Part shown: piece by piece, positions 14,313-28,792 of the stretch
Position numbering within the stretch: the stretch's first letter is position 1
How the letters are laid out: every line of letters starts with the position of its first letter
NCBI GenBank assembly: GCA_964016885.1
Contig: OZ024753.1
Location: 12,338,001-12,402,000 of the forward strand
From: Eledone cirrhosa
Lineage: Eukaryota
DNA length: 64,000 bases
Reading direction: 5' to 3'
Position numbers and translations under genes: made by a program
Notes under the pieces: generated by a model
Seen by the model: the letters and a program-made list of their open reading frames with translations, nothing else
What the model was told of the DNA's origin: nothing
Database searches by the model: none

Positions 14313-14938
14313 GTGTATATATATAAAACTGAGGATGCCTGTGTGTGTGTCTGTGAGTTTGAATCCCTAAAACTCGAGAAGTACCCAACCGATATTTTTC
14401 AAACCTTACATGTGTATCACATGTTTCAGGAAGTGTTATGCGCATATTTTAACTTTTTGATCTCCTAGGGCCCGCATTAGGTGAAAAACTGCGTTTTTTC
14501 AGCTTTTTAGGGTTCTTTTGAGCCGTTACGTCAGACTGATTTCCTTGAAATTGTAACTATGTATTAGTCAGTGTCTTCAGAGCAAAGAAAATCCAACATT
14601 TGTATGGCCAAGAGCCCGCATTAGGTGAAATACCTCATGTTTTCAGCTTTTTAGGGCTTTTATGAGGCGTTATATCTAGCCGATTTCCCGAAATTTCAAG
14701 GCATATTATGCACATAAAAAAAAAATTCATTTTCTTGAACCCCTAGGGTCCGCATTAGGTGAACACCTGCATTTTTCCTGCATCATCGAGGAAAATCTTA
14801 ACGATTATCCCGACATCAGAGTATTCGGTTTATTTTCTTTACATATTGTCCAGGTATGCAGTTTTTCCACGATTAGGTCTGTTGGCGGCCCGCGTTCCAA
14901 AATAACTTATCCCGTGCAACGCCGGGTACCACTGCTAG
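14313..14938 (+). mobile_element. Non-autonomous Helitron
   Basis: 3' CCCG..CGGG hairpin and CTAG|T; 5' TATATATAAAA; three internal diverged ~140-bp repeats sharing CCGCATTAGGTGAA. Confidence 0.75.
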
Positions 14939-15063
14939 TATATATATATATATATGTGTATAACCCCTCCCCCCCCCCTTACACACACACAAATATTCAT
15001 TTAAATGTTAAAATTGATAAAAATGTTCTATTCCACAATGCTTGAAGCAAACTAGTAACGTTG

Positions 15064-15105
<42 letters not shown>

Positions 15106-15112
15106 GCTTTAT

Positions 15113-15229
15113 GGTCTAAGATCAAATCCTGCCGAGGTTAACTTTGCCTCTCATCCTTACGGGGTCGATAGAATAAAGTACCAGTAATGTACTGGGTAAT
15201 TGCTGGCCTTGTACCAAAAGTAGAAACAG

Positions 15230-15233
<4 letters not shown>
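15113..15233 (+). mobile_element. SINE family A, 5'-truncated
   Basis: GCCGAGGTTAACTTTGCC..GGGGTCGATA..GTACCAGT..AGAAACAGTTAT. Confidence 0.85.
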
Positions 15234-15295
<62 letters not shown>

Positions 15296-15579
15296 ACACA
15301 TACACGCATATATAACTACAAAGTTCGCATGTTCGCGTATTTACTGTTCATAGTCAAATCCGTAGGTTGAAGCTGTTAACTTAATATTAACACTGTATAA
15401 TTTACATTACTCTATAGTTACTATTGTATTTTTGTGGTAAATGCTTTATCTTACATAACTATCTTACTTAATATCGAATGTACGAGATGTTGGTATTATT
15501 TATTTTGAGAAGAATACCTTAACGTCAGTATGAACAGCCAGTTACAGCCGGTTTGAACAGAAAGAGGTGAGAGAATTCT

Positions 15580-15615
15580 GGTCGGATATGGCTGGTTTAA
15601 ATGCCAAAGGGTTAA
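15580..15615. mobile_element. piggyBac-like MITE terminus
   Basis: ...GGATATGGCTGGTTTAAATGCCAAAGGG|TTAA; partner end not found. Confidence 0.4.
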
Positions 15616-16941
15616 GTTAACTTAATATTCCTGACTCGCTCGACGGCTCTAAAAATCGATTGATTCTCATCTTTCTCTTCCTCTTTCTCCCTTCTCACTC
15701 TCTCTCTCTCTATATATATATAGAAACCCACCCAATATCCATATACTTATTGATTTTCTCTATCAAATGGTGTTTTCTGTTTTGCAACATATGGTAGAGG
15801 TAAACTATGCAGAAGCCCATACCCCGAAATACGATCTATCTAAGTGCGATGTATCTTGCTGTTGAGCACACGTTCTCTTTTTACAGTTATGTATATCTCT
15901 CTCTACCTGTGTATGTATATCTCTCTCTACCTGTGTATGTATGTGTGTGTGTTTAGAAGGAGAAGGAGGAGGAGAAAAAGAATAATTTGATTGAAGAATA
16001 TGAAAGATTGGAGGTGAAAATCAGCAGAATGGCTGAAAACAAAATGGCGGATGAAAGCGAAGGCAGTGAGGTGGGACAATGGGTATGTATAGCATGGCGT
16101 TGATTACGTCGATTATAATGCCTGAAGGAGTAAATGAAGTAAATTTATAAACCTCAATTTCATGTGTCAATACTATATTTGAATACATATTGACATTCAG
16201 CCAATATTTAGTGAAAGCTGATATGGTAAATTCCACTTTTCAGCGTATATAATTAATTTTCAATTAATGATATTTAAGGCAGAAACTGATGACGTGGTGG
16301 TGTTGATGTGTGGTGGTTGCAGATGCGATAGCAGGGATGTAATAGAAATAGCTTCAAGTAGTATTTACATATCTCAGTCTACATTCATCTCACAGAATAC
16401 GAAACAGTAAAGCCAGTTTCAAATACGTTTTCAAAGTTTGACATATGTATTTTATTTCTGAAGTCTTTATACAAATCGTTGCCATATTGATAAAGATATT
16501 TATCTTTTATGGCATATCTCTATGTAGTTAATTTCTCGGAATCATCGATGTTTGATCAATGATTTCTGAAGCCAATTATAATAGTGTTTATTTCCATAGA
16601 TTTACTGAAACTTGAAGTGAAATAAAGTATTTAGAAAGTTAAGAAAAAGTGAAAAAGATTAAAGGTCACCAAAGACAAAAAAGTGGACAAATATTTGAAA
16701 ATAACGTTTATGATTATTATATTTGTTTGAGTTTATTTAATTATTATGTTTAAACGTCTGTTTTAGAAAACTTGTTATTTTGCCTTGAGCGTTTAAAAAC
16801 AAATTCTTAGAAAATTCTACCGCATGAAAAATATCGAAGTCTATTTCATAGTTGTCTTTACATTTCTCAGAAGATAACATGGATTATTCAGAGGACAGTT
16901 TTAGCACAAAACTGGTTTCATATACAGAAACATTATTTTTG

Positions 16942-17151
16942 ATTGGTAGAATCGGTGAAACATTGGACACCATCCTTTGCAGCATAGTTACGGTCCTTTA
17001 CGTTCTGAGTTCAGATCCCACCGAGGTTAGCTTTGCCTTTCATCCTTACGGGGTTGATAAAATAAAGTACCAATAATACCCTGGGGTCGATTTAATCGAC
17101 TTTCCCTTCCCCTAAATTTGTTGGCCATGTGCCTAAATCGGAAATGATTAT
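16942..17151 (+). mobile_element. SINE family A, longer subfamily
   Basis: tRNA-like head (GAGTTCAGATCC); central GCCTTTCATCC..GATAAAATAAAGTACC resembling Deu/Nin-type SINE domains; extra GGGGTCGATTTAATCGAC segment. Confidence 0.85.
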
Positions 17152-17499
17152 TTCAAATCCTGTTTGTGCTGATATTTAGAGTGTTCTTTTAATCTCCATT
17201 CTAGAGATTTGATGATATCTACGATTAAATTGAACGCATAATTGGAAATTGATGCATGATTGAATGGGGCGTATTTACCGTCGCAAGCAAATACATATCT
17301 GATATCATGCTGCCTGACAAAGCTCTTTGTAATTTGCTCTGCATAAAAGGTGCTAAGCACTTAAGCTTAAATGCTTGCATTCTTCGTTCCATGTCGGCTG
17401 AAAGTAACTAGTTTTCTCCCTTTACAAAATGATCGATGTGTCCAGAGTCTTGTATAATTTGAGACTCGTTAGTACAATAGTACTAAAACATATTTAAAT

Positions 17500-17850
17500 G
17501 GAGATGTGTCTCGACAAGGTCACTTCAGAAGCTCTCTACATTCCAGAACCACACCATGAGACTTATGACTGGCAAGCGGCTCAGTGACCGTATCTGTATC
17601 AGTGAGCTGCTCAACATTACCAGACTTAGACCAATTACATCAATTGTCAAGTCAAGAGTACTCAAACTAAACGGTCATATAAAAAGATCAACTCGTGGTG
17701 TGAGTAGGTTATGCCTGGAAGAAAGGTTGGCTGGTAAGAGAAGCAAAGGCCGGCAGCCAAAACGATGGCTTGAAAATGTCAACCTATGGACTGGATTTGA
17801 TCTTTGCTCTTTAACTCTGCTGTTGATGATCGAACTTTGTGGATAGAGAT
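17500..17850 (+). mobile_element. RTE-clade LINE 3' fragment
   Basis: ITSIVKSRVLKLNGHIKR..LAGKRSKGRQPKRWLENV. Confidence 0.8.
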
Positions 17851-19324
17851 ATCAGATGTTAATGCGCAGTCTTAAACTGGCGGAGTTTAGCGTCAGAAGA
17901 GAGTGTCGCGATTTCTTACAATGAATATCTTTGTTACAATAAAACGAAACTCCGTTAACGGGAGCTGTGTATTGAATTCTTAGTACTGCCGGGTATGAAG
18001 AGAAGAGGAATAGTTTCTTTCTTTTAGCCTATTATAGATGCTAGTAAATTGAATGGGTTCCATTAATGCCACAGAATTCCCAGGTGTTGATATTAAAACT
18101 TGCACTGGATTTACCTTACGAAACTTTAAAATTATTAATCCCTTCTAGAGTTACTTATATCTTTGCTCATATATTTTTGTCAAATAATAGAATATTAATA
18201 AGCATTTAGCGGAATGTCGTTAATATCGCCTTACATTGGAGATGTCAGCATAACATATCAATTTCCACATATGACTCTCTTCGTATCTTTGTGTGCTGTT
18301 TATAAGAATTATGAATTCTATTTATTGGAATGCAATAACCATTACATAGGAGAAATATATCATCCAGTAATTTCTCTGCTGCTACACATGCCGAACGATT
18401 ATTCTCTATAGAGAGTAAACCGATACGAAGAAGACGGATAGATTTATCTGCATTTATCTGCAAGGCGAACTTCAATGCTAATAAAATTTCGTAATTCATA
18501 TAAATATATAATACTCTATCAAAATCCAATTATAATTCCTCCTCTTATTCTTCTCTAAGAAGAGGTTACTTTTGTTTTACTTTCGTTAAATTATCACAGC
18601 CTGTTGATGAGATGGTTTAAATAAATGTTATATAAATTTTGTATTACCATATGTATTTCACATTATCAAACATAGATATATTCTCCTGTTTCTCATTATT
18701 GATTTTTCAATAGAAGCTATCACCAGCCTAAAAAAACAACATATCTCTCTTAAAATAATATATTTAGCGTAAATACAAAGAGTTGCATATCACATGTATT
18801 AGTTATTTTATGTTCATATAAAATATAATCAAATTTAACTGGGAAAAAATCAGCAGGTCAACTTTCATGTTGATCGAGTCTTCCTCCGATCTGTTTCGCA
18901 ACGAAACAGAGGTTTATGTCTGTTTTGGGTTCTTACTTCATCAGTAAATACCCGTCATGACGATGAATACATTGGCAACATAGTTGCCCAGCATCTCAGC
19001 CTCCAGGTGTGTGAGCCATACAAATACCACTGATGATTTCAATGATCACGAGTCTGTTGTGGCCACAGTGCAGGTCAGTTCCCTGTGCAATGAACCGTGT
19101 CGTTTCGGCCACTGATCCGAGAACTGCCGGCCAGTAAAGCGGAGGAGAGGAAAATACACATACTGGGATGTGAGCGACCGCTTCGAGATCTCTGCCCCCC
19201 ACCCCCAACCCACCCAACAGTGTATTCCAGCTGAAGAATGATGTAGTGTGTCTGATTGTGTGGATATCACAGGCTGTTATTTGCGGCAATACCTTCGCTA
19301 TTTCATCCGATATACCGCCTAGAC

Positions 19325-19612
19325 CAGGCATGGGAAACCTTTTTTGAGAAGTGGGCCGCATGAGAAATGGCTCACAATAAAGCAGGGCGCAAGTGCTAAT
19401 TTAAATTCGTGCCTACATTTAAAAAAGGGCCGTAACTCAGGGTATTTGATTTGTTTCTCAGAATTCGTACACGTTGTTTTCCTCGATCGTAAAAATGATA
19501 GAAAGATAAATTACGATTGAAAAGTTTGGGTAAAAAAATCAGAAAGAATTCACTTATGTGTCTTAGGTGAGCCATTCAGAAAGCTTCGCGAGCCGCAGGT
19601 TGCCTTTGACTG
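19325..19612 (+). mobile_element. hAT (Charlie-like) MITE
   Basis: TIRs CAGGCATGGGAAACC/GGTTGCCTTTGACTG; 8-bp TSD GCCTAGAC/GCTTAGAC; sister copy at 22474. Confidence 0.88.
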
Positions 19613-20021
19613 GCTTAGACTATAGTGTAGTGTCTGCTGCCCTCTATGTTCTTTTCTTTAATTTCGCTCTGGAAGTTTTCTATTCTTTTTTCTTTCGTTC
19701 TTTTTTTTTAATGAAAGCGTTGAGATTTTAAACACACTCCTATAATACTAGCTTGATTTAAAAGAAAATGATGTACGCGTACCTCAAAAAATATCTATCT
19801 ATTGATCTAACTCTGAGTCCTTAAAACCTCGGATTATTTCCCTCATATTTGTTCCGGTTCTCGGCACATTAATTTCAAGTGGGGTCGAGGACCCCCTTGC
19901 TTTCAATCTATTTGCAGCCTATGAAGTAGCTGGCTAGGGCAAATGTTTGAGTAATCGTAAGCGAACGAGATCTTAGATAATATTCTATCTGTCTTACCAT
20001 CTTTCCATATATGTACACACA

Positions 20022-20063
<42 letters not shown>

Positions 20064-20146
20064 ATTATATATATATATATACACACATAATTATATATAT
20101 ATATATATATTATATATGTGTGTGTGTGTGTGTGTGTTTGAGAGTA

Positions 20147-20315
20147 CCGGGTTCAATTGGAGGTAACCTCATTAAGTAAGGTACTCTATACATAGAGTAT
20201 ATACATGATTTAAAATAGAAATGTTTCATTCGAAGGAAATCAGCAAGAAAGTGCTTTCCTGATGATTTCCTTCGAATGAAACAGTTCTAGTCCTGTAGAA
20301 ACAATTTCTTTATTA

Positions 20316-20319
<4 letters not shown>
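20147..20319 (-). mobile_element. Penelope-type fold-back family 3
   Basis: Inverted repeat 20216-20289 with CTGATGA..GAAAC core; homologous to 50781-50970. Confidence 0.65.
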
Positions 20320-20361
<42 letters not shown>

Positions 20362-21478
20362 TTCTCTGCCTCTCTCTCTCTCTAATATATATATATATAT
20401 ATATGCACATATCAACTCAGATATAGAAATACACACACACATATACACACACGCATACACCCACATACACACACATATACCTATATACTTTCATGTGGAT
20501 CTGAAAGAGTCTCTGTGTGTGAATTGATTCGAAGTGATAGGTGTTTCTGTGATACGAGTGTAAATAACTGATTAGCTAATGTTAAGCTCTGAAACAGTAA
20601 AACGTAGTATTCCTTTACTCAATAACCTGATAAGGTGAGTACCAGATTATCCACTGATGCTAATAGGATCGACTTACCTTCCTGAACTCATTCTGCATTA
20701 CAACGATCAAAAAATCCTTCAAGAAGGAAAAATATATATTGAAGTGTATTCAGAGTAGATTATTGAAATGTTCCTTATCGATAGAAATTCAAAAAACCCA
20801 AATCCGAAACGAGATGGTATTTTGCTGTTCGAAAGAAATAACATATTGAATATTAGATAAAAATTGAGAATTATTGGTTTAGTACGTAATCTTTGGGTTA
20901 TGCAGTTTATATTATATTGGTAAACATTTGTATTTGTATACGTTAAAATAATAATCACCGATATTGTAGAAGACACAAAATATATAATTACTTTCCCGAA
21001 TATATTCCAGTGAAATTATATGGTAACAGTAACATGGATATTATGACAAAATTTCAGTTTTCATAAGCATTCCAAAATGACACATTTACACGAAGAGTTA
21101 TTTTTGTTGTGAACATGGCTTCATTATTTGTTGAAGCAAACTAAATATTATACCTGAAGAATATATAGTGTCTTGACGGTGTGATATTAGTTATTCACAG
21201 TAAAACATTATGTTTACAATTGAGAGCATTGATGTACACTTTAAATTCTAAAACTGGAGAACACATCAAATAGGAGGAACCGTATAATCCATTAGATCGG
21301 ATCCGTTCTGAGTTGTAAGATAAACGACAACAGGAGGATTAAATACGATGTCAAACGTGACCTAACTCAGAAGAGAGAGGTACATAACTAAACACTGTCT
21401 AGTGAACTTTACGCCAATCTATCGATTCTACCATCTTATAACACTTTAAATTAAAAAAAAAAAATGATTTATAAAGTT

Positions 21479-21671
21479 GGGCAGATGACTGGCAATATCG
21501 TTAGGGTATCGGAGAACATGCTTTATGACATAGAGTTACGGCCCTATACGTTCTGAGTTCAATCACGCCAAGGTTAGGTTTGCCTTTCATCCTTATGAGG
21601 TTGATGAAACAAAGTACCAGTAATGCACTGATATAATTGCTGGCCTTGTGCCAAAAGTAGAAACAGTTATA
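21479..21671 (+). mobile_element. SINE family A
   Basis: Full head, core and tail. Confidence 0.85.
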
Positions 21672-22239
21672 TTAACTGTACAAACCATTTAATCAACTGT
21701 CCCCTTCTCCACAAATTGTTCGCGTTGTGTCTAAATCAAAACACATTAATATTTACAAAAGGATACAGTCGATTGTATTAACACCAATATCTCATTTCTA
21801 CTTTATTTCTTCGAATCTGAATTAAAGATAAAATCAAACTTCGGAGTGAAATGAATACAGACTGCAAAGAACCCTCACTAGTACTCAAAGTATCTTGCTA
21901 AACCTTCACATTCATTTAAGGAAGCGTATGTAATGTATGACTTCACAAACAATATTAGACTTAAATATTTACAAAGACACCCACTGCCAAGCTCACGATC
22001 CACTGGCAAAATCCAGTGCATTGACATGGAAAATATTTTATTGAAGCTAAACCAATGATTAAATATTGATATATCTGTTGTCTGTCCATTTAAATTGACT
22101 GCAAAGTATTAAAATTCCTTGAGTTAGATAACACGAAGATTTCTAAGGCATTGTTCGACATGATAGAAATACTTGGTTAATATCTCTCAGAACGGAACTC
22201 TTCGGCACTAACGGAAGTAACGTTAGACAATATATCTAG

Positions 22240-22785
22240 AGAGAAATCAATTGACAAGATCTCAGACCTTATTTGCTTATCGAGGATCTCATCAAGTCGG
22301 AGCGAGGAAACAATGTTTTAATTATTCTTTCCAATTGCTAATACTATCTACCACTCGCAACTAAACGCAGAAGGAGCAATGTGAAATAAAGTGTCTTGCT
22401 CAAGAACACAACGCATCACCCTGTCCGGGCATCGAAGCTGCAACCATTCGTTTGCAAATCCAATTCTCTAATATAGGCATGGGCAACCTTTTTCGAGAAG
22501 CGGGCCACATAAGATATGGCTCAACATCAGGCGGACCGCAAGCTCTAATTTACATTCGTTCTCACATTAAAAATAGGGCCGTAACTCAGGTTGTTTTGAT
22601 TTGTTTCTTCAGAATTCCTACACGTTGTTTCCCTTGATCGTAAAAATGATAGAATGATTAATTATGCCTGAGAAGTTGGGGTAAAAAGATCAGAAAGATT
22701 TCACTTGGGTGACTTAGGCGAGCCATTAAGAAGGCTTCGCGGGCCGCAGGTTGCCTATGACTGCTCTAATCCCCAAGTCACGAGC
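22240..22785 (-). mobile_element. SINE family B interrupted by hAT MITE
   Basis: Matches 1404-1630 on both sides of the MITE. Confidence 0.7.
22474..22763 (+). mobile_element. hAT MITE
   Basis: TIRs TAGGCATGGGCAACC/GGTTGCCTATGACTG; TSD CTCTAATA/CTCTAATC. Confidence 0.88.
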
Positions 22786-24667
22786 TATTACTTTAGTGTG
22801 AATATACAGTCTCTGATACAATTAATACGGATGGAGTCAGCATTGCTGGAACAATATTTATGATGGGATTACTTGATTGTGATTAAATGTGCTGTAAAGA
22901 GAAGCAGCAATTGTTTTATTGAGCCAATGGTAGATCCACTCACTTTTCGTTGGATCTATTAGTAATAGCAGCGAAAGAGCATTTATACCTCACGTCCATA
23001 TTGCTTTAGCAGTGAAGAAGTTGACCCAAACCATCAACGCAAATAACAGTTACATTATTGATCTTTGTGGAATATTAACTAAATATCAATTTATTCCAAT
23101 TGCAAATTAAAGAGAGTTAACCTAATATTAACTTGATCATAAAATCTCTCATTGATGTAATATTGAATTCGCACATTCGATCCCTTTGATAGACGTACAG
23201 GGAAAATTCACGTGCTGCAAGCTATATAAACACAATACCTGTTCATTATTGTGTCCCTACTGTGCTGTATGTTATACCAACACAGTACCTTTGCATTATC
23301 GTGTCCCCCTTCCCCCAAACCTTTTGGCCCTGTGCCTAAATAGAAAACTATCATCGTGTCCTTATCGAGCTGAAAGCTAAATTTGAGCGAGCTGGAATTT
23401 AAATAGTGAATAAAAATGGAATAAATCTATTCATATTATATATTTAAAACTCGGAGCTCTGATGTTACTTGAGTTGGACATAACTATGATAATATAAACA
23501 TAGTTTACTTAACATCCAGGCGCAGGTGGAAAAATTGTTTAATCAAATATTTGAACCCTGTATTTTTAAAGGAGAACATTTCTATCAACAGACAAAATGT
23601 TTGAATCAGTAATATGCAAGGGATAAATAGATTTCGTGTATTCTAGACTAAATATTGAAATTAAATAGTTTGAATATTGTGTAGGTGTTCTGCTTTGGAA
23701 TGTATTTAGTGAGCCAACAAATTAAAATTCCTTCCTTTTATTTTATCGTTCTTAATGCAACGTGCATCATTTGAGCTCTGAAATTATATCCTCAACTGAA
23801 TTAAGGTTATAGCCTCCAATGCCAAATATAAATTGTATGTATTCCCTAAAGTGTTCAACATATGTAGAACGCAGTAAATTTGAACTTTAATCTAAGCTAT
23901 GTTTCTGATAATGAATTATCAGTTCTATAACGGGAAATTCTGATTACTCGAGTCACGTTTAAATGCTGTTATTTAAATGAATCAACAGGCTACACAATTA
24001 TTAATATATTTGTCACATGTTCATAATGTTTACTTTCGCCAGAGATAATGTGTGTTATAGATACATTAATTCTTTGTTACGAAATTTCATTTCCAATTAT
24101 ATATTGATCCTTGTCGACTGTTATGTCTATTATATTTAGTTAATGCTAAACGATTGCGATTGACAGAATCTATTAAGTAAGTTCAGAGTATGACAAAACA
24201 TTACGTCTAGTTTCAATTATTGGTACAATGTAATTCATTTAAATTGAATTGCTGATATATACGAGAACGTCATGGCTGTCGAGGAAATCTGCCCAGTATG
24301 TTCCATATACATACAGTCGCTCATTTTATAGTTACATGGAAAATGAAAATAATCGCTCAAAATTAGTCTTAGATATATGTATAAGGGACAAGCTTGGTAG
24401 ACTTTTGTCAGCCATGACATTCTCACAGGGGCAAGAAACTGCTAAGGGACGAAAACAGTTGCTTGAAACCTTGTTGTCCAGCTCTCTTGAGAGTTTCTTA
24501 CCACTATGAGAGCGTCATTGCTGTCGAAACCTCTATCCGACATTTTTCATATACACACATACAATCCCTCATCTTATAGTAGTATAGAAAATGAACATGT
24601 CCGCTCAAAATTAGGCTTAAATTATTTATTGTAGAGAAAAACCATGGTGAAAGTTGTTTTTTTGGGA

Positions 24668-24809
24668 GCGTGCTGAGTTCAAATCTCGCTTTGCCTTTCA
24701 TCCTTATGGGATCGACAAAATAAAGTAGCGGTGACGCACCAAGGTGGATTTAATTGACCTTCCCCTTCCCTAGAATTGTTGGCCTTGTGCCTAAATCAGG
24801 ACCCATTAT
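24668..24809 (+). mobile_element. SINE family A, partial
   Basis: Core and long-subfamily tail. Confidence 0.75.
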
Positions 24810-27637
24810 CTAGACAGACTTGGAAGCGTAATGCATGTAAACATTTACATTACTGGTGTAACAATAGCAGATATTACATCTAGGCTAAATAGACCGAATT
24901 ATTGAAACAGAATGAAGCCCTATAAGGCCATAACAGAGCCAGATGGTGAAATTAACCTCACCGGGCGGCCCCTTAAATTACTGTGTTTCAAAAGTTAACA
25001 TCCATAAAATTTCTTTCAGATGACTTTCAATAAAATGTAGCCATGGCACAAAACACAGAAGATAAGCTGAAATGTTTTTGGAATGACCATATGAAGTTAA
25101 TTCTTCAGACAATGCTATCCTCAATAAGAAAAGATGAAATTAATGCATGCAAGATTTTACCGCCCTAGCATCACTCCTTCATAGGTTGACTAAGACACTC
25201 TCATGGAATGACCAAATGAGGATTACTTTTCAACGTAGTCACTGGAAAGAAACAATGCAGTTATTGTTAAAAAGAGTTGAAATTAATGCATGAAACATTT
25301 CACAGCCCTAGCATCATTCAACCACAGTCAACTTATGTACATTTCAGTCGACGCTCGTAACATTGGTATGAGGAGGCCATCTTTGCCACGTCTCAACACT
25401 TGCGTACATAAAACTAGACAAACCATATATCAAAGTATTTGAAGCTGTCATAGATTCAGTAAAGTATTTTTCAGTTTCTCTCTCATTTTTTAAAATACGG
25501 ATGAGTTCATTATATTCATGTAGAAGGTTTATATATTTTTAAACAGAAATCAATGTAAAATGTTGCTGTTTATCGAATATATAAGGACCTTAACTTAATT
25601 TCATACATGTCACTGTCAAACAGCGTTGCTTTTTTTTTTTATTATCTTTGACGAATATGTCAGCTTATCTGAAACAGCATATTTTAATTATAACTTACAT
25701 AAATATGCAGACATGTGATGGCGACAATTCCATTCGGAGATGTTATACTAGCAATAGTTACAAATGTTACTGGTGTCGTCGCCATAGCAGACACTCAAGA
25801 AAACTCATAAACGAAGAAATAATTTTATTTATAGAATATATCATGTAAATACAGTTTAAAAGAAAAAAGAGAAAAAAAGAACATTTAGATTGAGAAGACT
25901 GGAATGTAAACTAGGAAAATATAAAGAAAAAGAGAAGAAAAAAGCCGTAAAATGGAGGGAATGTCACAGAAGAATTAGGAGAGGGGCAGGGTGATTAGGC
26001 TCTGGGCCTAGCGTACGGCGATAAGCGGCTGCACTCTGCGGACAAGACCGCAAGAGCATTCTTGTGGACAATGGCCAGCGGCACCCGCTGCATCAGCCAC
26101 CCAACCTAGCGGGGGCTCTTTCCTCAGGCAGGCAAACAAAAAACTAAGGAGTGACAGATTATATATGAGAAATTTATTTTTTAATGGTCCTTGTAAAGAT
26201 CAACATGAAAATGAAATTACATGTCACAAACACAACACACACTCACATATGTATATATATACATATGTGTGTATATGTGTGTGTTAATGTATATATATAT
26301 GTATGCATATATATGTGCATACATATAATATATATATGCATACATATAATATATATATGCATACATATAATATATATATATACATACATATAACATATAT
26401 ATGCATACATATAATATATATATGCATACATATAATATATATATGCATACATATAATATATATATGCATACATATAATATATATATATACATACATATAA
26501 CATATATATGCATACATATAATATATATATACATATAATATATATACATACATACATATAATATATATATATATATACAGACATATACATATATATACAT
26601 ACATATAATATATATATATATACAGACATATACATATATATACATACATATAATATATATATATATATATACAGACATATACATATATATGCTTACATGT
26701 AATATATATATACACATATATACATACATATATATATATGTTTATGTATATAGTGGGGAACTTAGATCGGTTTGTTGACATAGGCAACATATGTATATAT
26801 ATATACCCACACACATATATATACATATACATACACATGCACACACATACCTATACACAAACACACACACCTACCTACACACACACACACACACATATAT
26901 ACTTATAGAATCAGTTATAAACATTTATATTTGTTGAATTAACGACAAATTGAATATCCTTTCTGGTTATATATACACATATATTTATAAACATATATAT
27001 ATGTGTGTGTATTTGAATTGAATATATATATATATATATACATAGTTGTGTGTGTTATATGCATGTGTATGCGAGTGTGTGTGTGTTTGTCTGCTTGAAC
27101 GATAGGTTTATGTATATGTCATTCTAAATATGTTTCTTCTATATCTGTATGTTTTGATATCGGATATATTGCTGTCTCGGTTGACATGTATGAGAAAGTG
27201 AAGATATATTTTATTAATTCACTCACGTAGACGTTCAAAAAAGAACTAACACTTTTTTTCTGATATTAGCAAACGAAATCGAAGTAAAGAATTTTTCATA
27301 AATCTCATGCTGTCGCCACTTGATATTCTGATTCGTATTGATACTTTAGAGTTCTTTAACTGAAAAAAAAAAAAAAAAAAAAAATACTTCACCCTTTCTA
27401 GCTTTGCATACCTCTTCGCCATTCTATTCCCTCGCCCCCTCACAATCATAGATCGTTCAATCAATGTTTTATTAAAAAAAAAATAACTTCTGTTATTTCT
27501 CTCTTCTAAGTACGAAAAGAATATTTCTTATATCACAACCAGAAGGTCGGTTGATGTTGTGTTGTTAGTTTTTTCTCTATGGCAATATGAATCCTTTTTT
27601 AAACATTCCTCAAAAGTTAACGTACACGCGCAATCTC

Positions 27638-27638
<1 letters not shown>

Positions 27639-27688
<50 letters not shown>

Positions 27689-27702
27689 TATGTATAGACG
27701 TA

Positions 27703-27746
<44 letters not shown>

Positions 27747-27757
27747 TATGTATAGAC

Positions 27758-27792
<35 letters not shown>

Positions 27793-27803
27793 TATGTATA
27801 GAC

Positions 27804-27860
<57 letters not shown>

Positions 27861-27909
27861 TATGTATAGACGTATATATATATATATATATATATGAATA
27901 TGTATAGAC

Positions 27910-27948
<39 letters not shown>

Positions 27949-27959
27949 TATGTATAGAC

Positions 27960-27996
<37 letters not shown>

Positions 27997-28007
27997 TATG
28001 TATAGAC

Positions 28008-28048
<41 letters not shown>

Positions 28049-28072
28049 TATGTATAGACGTATATATATATA
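27639..28072. repeat. Higher-order repeat: GAATATGTATAGACG x8 separated by variable (TA)n
   Basis: Directly visible. Confidence 0.92.
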
Positions 28073-28073
28073 T

Positions 28074-28465
28074 GGTATAAACGTTTGTATATGTATAATA
28101 AAACCAAAACAATGCAGGTATGGACATAGAATAAATAATGCAAATGCAAAAGATATTGTTGACAATTAGTCTTTTACCTTAGATTTATCTAAATGTCCTT
28201 AATTTTCGAGATAATATCTCTTCTTCGGAAATGGTAAGCTATTTAGAACACTGGTTTAACAGCTTTACTTCCCTCCGGAGAAGAGATATTATCTCGAAAA
28301 TTAAGGATATTTAAATATATCTAAGGTAAAAGACTAATTGTCAACAATATCATTTGTATTTGCATTCTTTATTCTATATCCATACCTGCATTGTTTTGGC
28401 TTTATTATACATATACAAACGTTTATACCTCATTACACAATGCTTCAAGTGAACTATAACTTCCT

Positions 28466-28467
<2 letters not shown>
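28074..28467 (+). mobile_element. Fold-back element (~155-bp arms) with decayed hammerhead cores
   Basis: Arms 28074-28228 and 28275-28429; CCGRAGA-A-GAGAT att ATCTC-GAAA in each arm; (TA)n on both sides. Confidence 0.65.
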
Positions 28468-28526
<59 letters not shown>

Positions 28527-28757
28527 AATATGAATTTATATATAGATGAATATAAATTTATATATATATGAATATAAATATGAATTTATATATATAAATA
28601 TAAATATATACATATATATATATGAATATAGATATGAATATATATAAACATACATATATATGAATTTATATATATAAATATAAATACATACATATATATA
28701 TATATATATAAATATAAATGTATATACATACATATATATATATGAATATAAATATGA

Positions 28758-28792
<35 letters not shown>

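Noticed and set aside
16021-16236. 71-aa minus ORF as a claudin-like exon
   Set aside because: Only a superficial FTKYWL similarity and no supporting splice structure
27639-28072. CRISPR-like repeat-spacer appearance
   Set aside because: The spacers are only (TA)n, the context is eukaryotic, and there are no cas genes
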